This document shows, piece after piece, positions 1 to 7,179 of a stretch of DNA of 11,381 nt. The stretch lies in the NCBI GenBank assembly GCA_965369865.1, contig CBDURU010000114.1:1-11381 (forward strand). Direction: 5' to 3'. The notes under the pieces are model-generated. The model was given only the letters and a program-made list of their open reading frames with translations. It had not been told where the DNA came from and searched no databases. Within the stretch, counting starts at the first letter, position 1. Each line of letters starts with the position of its first letter. This DNA is from an uncultured bacterium. GTDB taxonomy: Bacteria; JAJVIF01; JAPKYR01. The translations under genes were made by a program, and so were the position numbers.

Positions 1-1
1 C

Positions 2-490
2 AGCGGCGGCGGTATGAAGGGCCTGTGCGACTGTTAGGGCGGCGCGGGTGGTGGCGGCGCCGGCGGCGGTTGCTGCGGCGGCGGCGGCCACTACGGCGAG
101 GGTGGCGGCGGCTCATTCGCCTTTTACTGTTATGATTCCTCACCGACTCTCGACTACTGTGCCTTCTATGCCGGCGAGGGTGGCAACGGCGGCAATGGCG
201 GCTTCGGGGGGACCGGCGGAAGCGGGGGCCCCGGCGGTCTGGGAGGTTTAGCTACTAATGGTTGGACAAAGGCTGGTGACGGCGGCGATGCTGGTGACGC
301 CGGCAATGGCGGCCGAGGCGGCGGCGGCGGTGGCGGAGTCAGCTACTGCATCTACAAAGTTGGAGATCCTACCCCTGTTCTCATAAGCCCGTATTACTCC
401 ACAGGCAAATGTGGTTTTGGAGGGGAAGGTGGCGATTTCGGCCCGCCGGGAGACGGTGATAACGGCCTCATGGGTGAAAAGAACTGGTAG
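2..490 (+). CDS. C-terminal part of a PE-PGRS-like glycine-rich (probably extracellular) protein; 5' truncated by the window edge, with an in-frame TAG at 35-37 (possible pseudogene)
   Basis: Manual translation of frame +2: SGGGMKGLCDC*GGAGGGGAGGGCCGGGGHYGEGGGGSFAFYCYDSSPTLDYCAFYAGEGGNGGNGGFGGTGGSGGPGGLGG...GGRGGGGGGGVSYCIYKV...GLMGEKNW* (stop TAG 488-490). GGx repeats alternate with short hydrophobic strands (GGGSFAFY, GGGVSYCIY). A terminator follows directly. Confidence 0.75.
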
Positions 491-528
491 TACGCCTGAT
501 TATCGCTGACCGAAAGTATGAATAATTC

Positions 529-557
529 AAGACCCTCCTCCCGGGAGGGTCTTTTGT
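529..557 (+). terminator. Rho-independent terminator of the Gly-rich gene
   Basis: Perfect 10-bp stem AAGACCCTCC (529-538) / GGAGGGTCTT (544-553), 5-nt loop, running into TTTTGTT. Confidence 0.8.
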
Positions 558-787
558 TATGTCTCGACCGGGACAGGAAGTGGCAGGTCGATTGGAGGCC
601 TGAAAATCCAATGCGTATTTGTATATCGTCCTACATATCGCATATATGGAACATAAAAAAACGGGGACCGCCTTGAACGCGGCGATGCATCTGGGATCGG
701 GATTTAAATGAAAAATTGAATGCTGACCCCCTTTATGCAATAATCCCCCTATCTGAATATAAAAAAATTATGCTGATGGGAGGCATG

Positions 788-1237
788 ATGAAAAAAATCA
801 CTCTGGTATTAATCTGTCTTTTCTTAACATCAATATTTGTACTTACATCGCTGGGTTGTCCTTCGGGCGCTCCAGGCAGTCAGAATTCAAAAGAAGCTCT
901 CGTTGCTGTGATTACTGGATTCAGCAATGCACTTGTGGAAATGGATTTTGCGACGGCTAAGACATTCTGCACTGAAGAACTCTGGGCGGATGAATTTGCC
1001 GAGATGGAAGAGGGGATGGATGAATTAAGGGATATGTTATCGGAGGAAGAATTCGCTGAAATGATGGAAATGGGTGAAGGATTTGATATGGAAGAAGAAA
1101 TGACGGAAGGCCTTGGTACTGCTGAAGCCGAATTCGATGGCGATGATGCAAGGTTAATATTCGACGAAGATGGCGAAACAGGATACATAGAATTTAAAAA
1201 AGTCGATGGCAAATGGCTCATTAGTGAATTGGCTTGA
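788..1237 (+). CDS. Acidic lipoprotein, DUF4878/NTF2-like fold suspected
   Basis: GGGAGG at 778-783 precedes ATG ATG (785/788), so the ORF-track start at 716 is probably too early. MKK plus a hydrophobic stretch plus lipobox-like SLGC. The C-terminal 'IEFKKVDGKWLI' and N-terminal 'F.NAL...DFATAKTF' are typical of DUF4878/NTF2-like lipoproteins. Confidence 0.8.
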   Translation: MKKITLVLICLFLTSIFVLTSLGCPSGAPGSQNSKEALVAVITGFSNALVEMDFATAKTFCTEELWADEFAEMEEGMDELRDMLSEEEFAEMMEMGEGFDMEEEMTEGLGTAEAEFDGDDARLIFDEDGETGYIEFKKVDGKWLISELA

Positions 1238-1293
1238 CCTGTATGATTAAAGTCAATGCTGCTCTCATAATGAGAGCTAAACTCGATTTAATC

Positions 1294-1324
1294 TCCCCGT
1301 GTATAAACAGCGGGGATTTTTATT
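1294..1324 (+). terminator. Intrinsic terminator between the convergent lipoprotein and marR genes
   Basis: TCCCCG (1294-1299) / CGGGGA (1311-1316), extendable by TGT/ACA with a bulge, followed by TTTTTATT. Confidence 0.65.
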
Positions 1325-1382
1325 GCCCCCTTCATCCATGTAATCTGAGCTGACAGCGGTGATTTTGAAGCCGATGTGGATT

Positions 1383-1859
1383 CTACCCCTTTCTTAATTC
1401 CTGCATTGCCCTCAGCAGTACTTCGATTGAATGGATTACCTTCTCTCGCTCGCCTTCAGGAACCTTCTCCATCAATTTCATGTAAGACTCGAGACTCGCC
1501 TGGTCCAGTTCCCGGAAAATTTCCTCACCCTTCCCGCTGAGACTGAGGATCATACGCCTGCGATCCCGGTCATCGGAGAGTTTATCTACAGCGCCGAATT
1601 CGACCAGGGAATTTACGATTTTGGTCAGATGGCTTTTTTCGAGCCGGAGTTTTTTTGCCACCTCTCCAGGGCTGATTTTTCCTTCACTTTTTACTACTGT
1701 GAGTACATACGACTGCTGTGGCGAGAGATAGAATTCGGGATATCGCTTTCGCGGATCGAATAGTGTAAAGCCTCGAAGGAGCCACGCCATTGAATCGTGC
1801 AGTCGTCGGCTCTGGTTCCTCAGGCCCGGTTTCCCGGCTGTTTTATGTTTTTTCGCCAC
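1383..1859 (-). CDS. MarR-family transcriptional regulator
   Basis: 158 aa. LSPQQSYVL, then a winged HTH 'SPGEVAKKLRLEKSHLTKIVNSL' and the wing motif 'DDRDRRRMILSLSGKG'. GTG start with AAGGA upstream. Confidence 0.92.
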   Translation of the reverse strand: MAKKHKTAGKPGLRNQSRRLHDSMAWLLRGFTLFDPRKRYPEFYLSPQQSYVLTVVKSEGKISPGEVAKKLRLEKSHLTKIVNSLVEFGAVDKLSDDRDRRRMILSLSGKGEEIFRELDQASLESYMKLMEKVPEGEREKVIHSIEVLLRAMQELRKG

Positions 1860-1905
1860 TCGAAAATAATCCTTAATGTTAGAACGATGGAATTATCCCA
1901 GAAAA

Positions 1906-1945
1906 GGTTGACAAATTCCACTATTATGGTTGCCGAATTCAACCA
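1906..1945. promoter_or_regulatory. Tandem putative MarR operators in the divergent marR/radical SAM intergenic region
   Basis: GTTGA-CAAAT-TCCAC (1907-1921) and GTTGC-CGAAT-TCAAC (1929-1943), offset by 22 bp. The second extends to a perfect TGGTTG-N7-CAACCA. A TATAAT lies at 1961-1966, and the second site covers its -35 position. Confidence 0.55.
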
Positions 1946-1998
1946 CCATCGCGAAATGTGTATAATTCCCTGCAGGTGAGGAAGTTTAATAAGACAAC

Positions 1999-3477
1999 AT
2001 GGCAGATAAGCCGACAATTCTCTTTCTTCAAATAATTCACCGTGGATTCGAACCATTTGATTTCGCGTCGTTCGGGCTTCAACGGTCTTTCGATCTTCTT
2101 CCGCACAAGTATGCGGTCCTGACACTGGTCGCATGGATTCGGGAACACGGCTGCGAAGGGCATTACACATTTATCGAACCCACCGACCCGAACGGAATCG
2201 ACAAAATCTCGGAATCAATAAATAAAATCAAACCCGATGTACTCGGCTTCAGCCTTTGCTCCGATGAGATAAGGGATAATTACATGCTTATGGAGCGGAT
2301 TAAAGAGCGTTTCCCGGATGTTCCCATAATTGTCGGTGGACGGCATGTAACCGCCCTGCCGGAACATACCCTCCAAAATTTCCCGTTGATTGATTTTGTC
2401 TCTATTGGTGAGGGAGAACGTACGCTTGAAGAATTTCTAAAAATCCTTAAAACCGGGAAATCCCGGGATGAATTCAGGGAAGTTGACGGGCTTGGTTTCC
2501 GGGATATAAAAGGCGGGATAGTTATTACCTCACCAAGACAGCCGATGCAGGATATCAATACTCTCCCGGACCCTGCCTACGATCTCCTGATTGATCCCGA
2601 TAATCCCCCGGGGCAATGTTCAGCGTTTCCTCTCTTATGCTCCTACGGATGTTATTTCCACTGCACTTTCTGCGGCGCCGACCATGGAAATTACCGGTAC
2701 ATTGAGCCGGGAAAAGTGGTCGATCGAATTGAGCGAGCCGGGAAACAGTACGGGGCCAACTATTTCGCCATACGCGACAGTTTCTGGCCTCCGACAATAA
2801 AATGGATGGAGGAATTCTGTGATATCCTTGAAAAGCGTGATCTCAATATCGAATTCCAGTTTCTTACACGTGTAAGGGTGTTGAAAAAGCACCATCTCGA
2901 AAGGCTGAGTAAACTCGGGTGCCGTACGATCATGCTCGGGGTCGAGGCGGGAGATCCTGAAATACTTAAAGCGATAAAAAAGCGGATAACAATCAAGCAG
3001 GCCAGGAAATCATTTTCGATCCTCCACGATGTCGGAATTTACACTATCTCGTTTTTCATGGTCGGCAACCAGGGGGAGAACCTGGATACGGTCCGCGCGT
3101 CGATCAGGGTCGCGCATGAGCTTAACGCGTCGACGGCATACTTTTCACAACTTGCCCCTTTTCCTGGATCGGAAGTTTTCGATATGGTTAAGGAAGAGGA
3201 CAGGGACTGGTGGAAGGTCGGTGGAGCAAGGCCATCGGTATGCAATCTCACATCGGAAGAACTCGATCATCTCGCGACAGAAGCATTTCTCCGATATCCG
3301 CTCAGGTGGCGATGGCTATGCCAGCATGTGCTTTTCGGGAATTTATCGGGGCCATATCGAAAGGTCGCGTGGAAATTTTACCGTGTACATCTCAGGAAAT
3401 ATATTCTTGGAATCGCGGAAAGGGTATGGTTGTTCCGTGGATTGATTAAATCAGTTAAGGCAATAGTCCGGAGGTAG
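1999..3477 (+). CDS. Cobalamin(B12)-binding domain radical SAM protein
   Basis: N-terminal B12-binding Rossmann motifs (KPDVLGFS, IIVGGRHVT, VSIGEGE). CxxxCxxC as CYFHCTFC (2650-2673). TIM-barrel motifs GVEAG, FFMVG, LAPFPGS. Substrate unknown. Confidence 0.93.
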   Translation: MADKPTILFLQIIHRGFEPFDFASFGLQRSFDLLPHKYAVLTLVAWIREHGCEGHYTFIEPTDPNGIDKISESINKIKPDVLGFSLCSDEIRDNYMLMERIKERFPDVPIIVGGRHVTALPEHTLQNFPLIDFVSIGEGERTLEEFLKILKTGKSRDEFREVDGLGFRDIKGGIVITSPRQPMQDINTLPDPAYDLLIDPDNPPGQCSAFPLLCSYGCYFHCTFCGADHGNYRYIEPGKVVDRIERAGKQYGANYFAIRDSFWPPTIKWMEEFCDILEKRDLNIEFQFLTRVRVLKKHHLERLSKLGCRTIMLGVEAGDPEILKAIKKRITIKQARKSFSILHDVGIYTISFFMVGNQGENLDTVRASIRVAHELNASTAYFSQLAPFPGSEVFDMVKEEDRDWWKVGGARPSVCNLTSEELDHLATEAFLRYPLRWRWLCQHVLFGNLSGPYRKVAWKFYRVHLRKYILGIAERVWLFRGLIKSVKAIVRR

Positions 3478-3674
3478 TTAACCTGGATCTCGTGTATCGG
3501 AGGAGCGTTAGGTTAATTATGGCACGCAGGCGAGGTGCCCCCAAACCCACTTCACGCCGGAGAGTTTTGGATTCAGTATCGCCCCTGCACGTTTAAACCA
3601 GTTTTGTTGCTTAGAATGTGAATCGTTCATAGTAAAGATAGCTTGTACTGCATAACCTTACAATTACAAGTATA

Positions 3675-3714
3675 GGGGACGCCTTTCCGACCTTCCAGGT
3701 CTGAAGGTGTCCCC
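3675..3714. repeat. REP-like hairpin with GGGGAC...GTCCCC foot and TCC loop
   Basis: GGGGACGCCTT / AAGGTGTCCCC lower stem (one G-T pair) and GACCT-TCC-AGGTC upper stem. Flanks GTATA (5') and GGT (3') match flanks of the 82-bp elements. Confidence 0.6.
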
Positions 3715-3905
3715 GGTCTCACAGCATTGAATTTTTGTGGATGGAGTTTCAGGAGTGATTTTTGACCACGTAACGTTAATAATTAATTATACCATGCCAC
3801 ATACATGGCACCATTTTATTTGTCGCGTCACATCTGATAAACTATGCGTCAGGAAGATCGAACTTCTTTTTTTATTATAGTCATTAAGCATGAAGAGGTG
3901 AATAT

Positions 3906-5303
3906 ATGTCAAATGTTGTAACCCTCCTGCCGGACCTCCGCGACAGGATGGAAGAAGCTCTTAAAGCGGGCGAGGAAGCCACCGAAGTTGAAATCCGGCT
4001 TGAAGAAATTGAAAACACCCAGATCACTTTCCAGAAAGATTCCCTTGAAACTCTGGACAAGGGCGTTACAGCCGGGGGATGTGTCAGGGCGCTCGTGAAC
4101 GGAAGCTGGGGATTCACTAGTTTCAATTCAGTCGAAAATCTCCCCGCACGTGTTGAACAGGCGATTTCGATGGCGAAAGCTTTGGGTCCCGGCACAACGA
4201 AACTCCAGGAACAGGAACCGGGAATTGAATCCCTCCCGATCGAGATCAAACGCGACCCAAGGGGAGTTCCGGTTACAGAAACCGTTGAGCTTATCGGGAA
4301 GTACAACGATATCGTGTTGAAAAGCGAAGGTATCGTTTCAACGATTTCCCGGTACATGCACTTCCATTACAAGCGTGCTTTCGCGAACAAGTCCGGGAGT
4401 TTTATCGAGCAGGAAAAGATGAGATCGACGATCGTTCTTTCGGGGATGGCTAAGGACCCAGACGGCAGGATGCAAGAGGCGAGGGAATTCAAAAACAGCC
4501 TGGTTGACTACGACGAATTGTTTGGGATGGAAGAACTTGCGGAGATTGTCGCGAAAAGAGCGGTTGAGGTTGCTAATGCACCGAATGTTAAAGCCGGAAC
4601 TTACCCTGTGATTGTCGATCCGGAGCTGACAGGTGTATTTATCCACGAGGCGTTCGGGCATCTCTCAGAAGCGGATTTCGTATACGAAAATCCGGAATGG
4701 CAGAAGATTTTAACTCTTGGACGCAAGATGGGCCGTCCGAATCTGAATGTTACCGACGGCGGTACTGTTCCGGATGAAGGCGGGACTATCAAATATGACG
4801 ATGAGGGTACACCAGCCGGGCTTACATACCTTATCAGGGATGGAATTCTTGAAGCCCGCCTTCACTCGCGCGAAACGGCAGCGGCGCTCAATGAAAAAAC
4901 GACCGGCAACGCCCGTGCGATAAGCTACCGTCACGCGCCGATAGTCCGTATGACGAACACCGCAATTGAGCCCGGAGACAGCACATTCGAGGAAATGATC
5001 GCGGATATCGACTACGGCATTTATGCGATCAGCTCCCATGGCGGCCAGACACAACTCGAGCAGTTCACATTCGGCGCCGACCAGGGATTCGAGATCGTAA
5101 ACGGCAAGGTCGGGCAGAGACTCAGGAACGTCAGCATATCGGGTAACCTGTTTAAAACTCTTGAAAATATCGACATGATTTCTAACGACCTGAAATGGTT
5201 ATCCATAGGCGGCTGCGGGAAGGGCATGCAGGCCCCTCTACCGGTCGGCACTGGCGGTCCGCACATTCGTATCCAGGATTGCGTGGTCGGAGGTGATTCG
5301 TGA
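3906..5303 (+). CDS. tldD: TldD metalloprotease subunit (TldD/PmbA family)
   Basis: HEAFGH (HExxGH) motif at 4644-4661, YDDEG, GNARA, PIVRMTNT and C-terminal GGCGK Cys ligand plus PVGTGGPH. GAGGTG Shine-Dalgarno upstream. Confidence 0.95.
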   Translation: MSNVVTLLPDLRDRMEEALKAGEEATEVEIRLEEIENTQITFQKDSLETLDKGVTAGGCVRALVNGSWGFTSFNSVENLPARVEQAISMAKALGPGTTKLQEQEPGIESLPIEIKRDPRGVPVTETVELIGKYNDIVLKSEGIVSTISRYMHFHYKRAFANKSGSFIEQEKMRSTIVLSGMAKDPDGRMQEAREFKNSLVDYDELFGMEELAEIVAKRAVEVANAPNVKAGTYPVIVDPELTGVFIHEAFGHLSEADFVYENPEWQKILTLGRKMGRPNLNVTDGGTVPDEGGTIKYDDEGTPAGLTYLIRDGILEARLHSRETAAALNEKTTGNARAISYRHAPIVRMTNTAIEPGDSTFEEMIADIDYGIYAISSHGGQTQLEQFTFGADQGFEIVNGKVGQRLRNVSISGNLFKTLENIDMISNDLKWLSIGGCGKGMQAPLPVGTGGPHIRIQDCVVGGDS

Positions 5304-6610
5304 TGAAAATTATCGATGAGATCCTTAATAAAGCAAAAAGCAAAGCCGACTCGGTTGAGGTTTTTTACACCGCCACTGAAACAACATCATGCGACTGGAG
5401 CTCCGATAAGCTGAAAATGGCAACCGCAAATGAATCGAGCGGACTCGCCCTTCGTGTAATGGTCAATGGCAAGTGCGGATTTTACGCGACCAGCAAAATC
5501 GACGACCCCGATCAGATTGTCAACGCGGCCATCGAACTTGCACCGCTGGGTAGCGAGTTCGCAGGTGAATTACCATCGAAGTACGAACCGGCCGATGTCA
5601 GTGTATATGACGAGGAAACATCCGGGGTTACAGTCGACCGGATTGTCGGTATCGGAAACGGTATGATTGAAAAAGCCAAGTCTGGTAACAGTGAGGCGAT
5701 GTACGACAGTACGATCAGCCGTTCCATTATTAATGCTGTTATCGCCAACAGTAACGGTACGAGCGAAAGTTTCAGAAAAACATCGTTCTCCGGATACCTT
5801 TCAGGGCAGATCGCACGGGAGGGCGACGTCCTGATGAACTGGGAATTCGATAACTCCCCGAAGATCGGGAATCAACCTGATAAATGGGCAACTGATCTTG
5901 TTGAAACACTTAACAAGGCGAAAAATATTGTCCAGCTCCCCGCCGGGGAATATAAATGCATCCTTACCCCAAAAGCTATGGGAATGTTCAATCCGCTGAA
6001 ATTAGCACTGAACGCACGCATGGTTTTGAAAGACATGTCACCGTTCAAGAACAAGGTCGGCGAGAAAGTTTTCGACAAACGAATTACGTTTTTCGATGAT
6101 GGCCTGAATCCTGACATGGTCGCGTCGCAGCCGATCGATGATGAGGGTGTGACGTCGCAGAAAACCATGCTCATTGAAAATGGTGTGCTGAAACAATTTA
6201 TCCACGACCTCCACACTTCAAAACTTATGGGAGTCGCACCAACCGGAAACGGAATGAGGGCTGGTTTGTCCGCAGCCCCGCGCGCGGGATTCACAACCCT
6301 GACCCTTGAACCTGGTGAAAAAACTCTGGCTGAAATGATCTCGGGTATCGATAAGGGGATTCTGATAGACCAGATCATGGGCGCACACCAGGCATCGCCA
6401 TTTTCCGGTGATTTTTCGGTCTCTATCGGCCTTGGTTTTGTAATTGAAAACGGTGAGATAATCGGTCGGTTCAAAAACGGCATGCTTGCCGGTAATTGCT
6501 TCCGGATGTTCGACAGCCAGGTTCTCGAAATCGGAAGCGAATTGAGAAATGTGGAAGCCCTTGTCCCACCAGTCCTTTTCGACCGGATGCCAATCGCAAC
6601 GGGTGGATAG
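5303..6610 (+). CDS. pmbA: PmbA/TldE non-catalytic partner subunit
   Basis: IDDEG, LIENGVLKQF, PTGNG and SGDFS motifs; lacks HExxH. ATG 5303 overlaps the tldD TGA (TGATG) with GGAGGT 8 nt upstream, indicating translational coupling. Confidence 0.92.
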   Translation: MKIIDEILNKAKSKADSVEVFYTATETTSCDWSSDKLKMATANESSGLALRVMVNGKCGFYATSKIDDPDQIVNAAIELAPLGSEFAGELPSKYEPADVSVYDEETSGVTVDRIVGIGNGMIEKAKSGNSEAMYDSTISRSIINAVIANSNGTSESFRKTSFSGYLSGQIAREGDVLMNWEFDNSPKIGNQPDKWATDLVETLNKAKNIVQLPAGEYKCILTPKAMGMFNPLKLALNARMVLKDMSPFKNKVGEKVFDKRITFFDDGLNPDMVASQPIDDEGVTSQKTMLIENGVLKQFIHDLHTSKLMGVAPTGNGMRAGLSAAPRAGFTTLTLEPGEKTLAEMISGIDKGILIDQIMGAHQASPFSGDFSVSIGLGFVIENGEIIGRFKNGMLAGNCFRMFDSQVLEIGSELRNVEALVPPVLFDRMPIATGG

Positions 6611-6621
6611 TTAAGCATAAG

Positions 6622-6697
6622 CCCGTAGAACCGCACGGCAGTGCGTCTTCTTCCCAATTCCAAACCATCCCGTAGAACCGCACGGCAGTGCGTCTTC
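6622..6697 (+). repeat. Two identical 29-bp GTAG-type REP units in direct orientation
   Basis: CCCGTAGAACCGCACGGCAGTGCGTCTTC at 6622-6650 and 6669-6697, with an 18-nt gap. GTAG tetranucleotide followed by the hairpin CGCAC-GGCA-GTGCG. Confidence 0.8.
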
Positions 6698-6728
6698 ACT
6701 TGAACAATGCTGGATTTTTCGCATCATC

Positions 6729-6810
6729 GGGGACAGGCACAAAAATTTACCGGAGTAGATAAAATAGAATTGACCTCTAACATTGCCGGTAAATTTGTGA
6801 GCCAGTCCCC
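6729..6810 (-). repeat. 82-bp REPIN/MITE-like element, copy 1 (opposite orientation to copies 2 and 3)
   Basis: 25-nt inverted arms GGGGACAGGCACAAAAATTTACCGG / CCGGTAAATTTGTGAGCCAGTCCCC (22/25 complementary), 32-nt core. Confidence 0.8.
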
Positions 6811-6967
6811 TATACAAAAATTTTTCTCACTTATTCAACTCTGAACATTTGGTTTCCGGAAATAATTCTCCCCTTTTTACGTATTTTTTTGTCCGGGAAC
6901 TGGTAATGACCAGAAAGTATTCTCGATTTACCGGGTATTTTTTTCGAATCACTGGACTCACGGATCA

Positions 6968-7049
6968 GGGGACTGGCTCACAGATTTGCCGCTAATACAA
7001 ATGGTCACGCTCCCTGCATACTGCCCGGCAAATCTGAGTGCCTGTACCC
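6968..7049 (+). repeat. 82-bp REPIN/MITE-like element, copy 2
   Basis: Arms GGGGACTGGCTCACAGATTTGCCG / CGGCAAATCTGAGTGCCTGTACCC; same overall length as copy 1. Confidence 0.75.
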
Positions 7050-7062
7050 GGTGTTCGGAAAT

Positions 7063-7087
7063 GGCTCGGACGGAGCCTCGCCCTCCC
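7063..7087 (-). repeat. GGAG-type REP-like unit
   Basis: Minus strand reads GGGAGGGCGAGGCTCCGTCCGAGCC: GGAG foot plus hairpin GGCTC-CGTCC-GAGCC. Single copy in this window. Confidence 0.55.
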
Positions 7088-7116
7088 ATTTTTTCTTCAA
7101 CCCCCACCCCCCCATA

Positions 7117-7145
7117 TTGCCTGCACCACCCATTGCGAGTATGAT
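7117..7145 (+). promoter_or_regulatory. Putative sigma70 promoter of the enoyl-CoA hydratase gene
   Basis: TTGCCT (7117-7122), 17 nt, TATGAT (7140-7145); strong SD GGGAGGAG at 7165-7172 before ATG 7180. Confidence 0.6.
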
Positions 7146-7179
7146 TACGCTTCCATATTAAAACGGGAGGAGAATTTAA

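Noticed and set aside
48..251. 67-aa Ala-rich ORF in the ORF track
   Set aside because: Off-frame reading of the GGC repeats of the Gly-rich frame +2 gene.
581..595. Sigma54-like TGGCAG-N5-TTGG
   Set aside because: Lacks the conserved GC at -12 (TTGG instead of TTGC).
716..787. N-terminal extension of the lipoprotein from TTG 716
   Set aside because: The SD and signal peptide point to ATG 785/788; the upstream part looks like promoter DNA.
3616..3632. Rex/CRP-like TGTGAA...TTCATA site
   Set aside because: Spacing and right half-site do not fit either consensus.
2..6610. Microcin B17-like RiPP cluster (Gly/Cys-rich peptide + radical SAM + TldD/E)
   Set aside because: No YcaO, dehydrogenase or transporter is present. 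The Gly-rich ORF is a long PGRS-like C-terminus with its own terminator, separated by unrelated genes, and tldD-pmbA are common housekeeping genes.
6622..6697. Mini CRISPR array
   Set aside because: Only two repeats, an 18-nt spacer and no cas genes; the GTAG plus hairpin layout fits REP.
5872..6699. 275-aa antisense ORF over pmbA (and other antisense or overlapping ORFs in the track)
   Set aside because: Shadow of well-supported genes with no recognisable motifs; its start lies inside the REP repeats.
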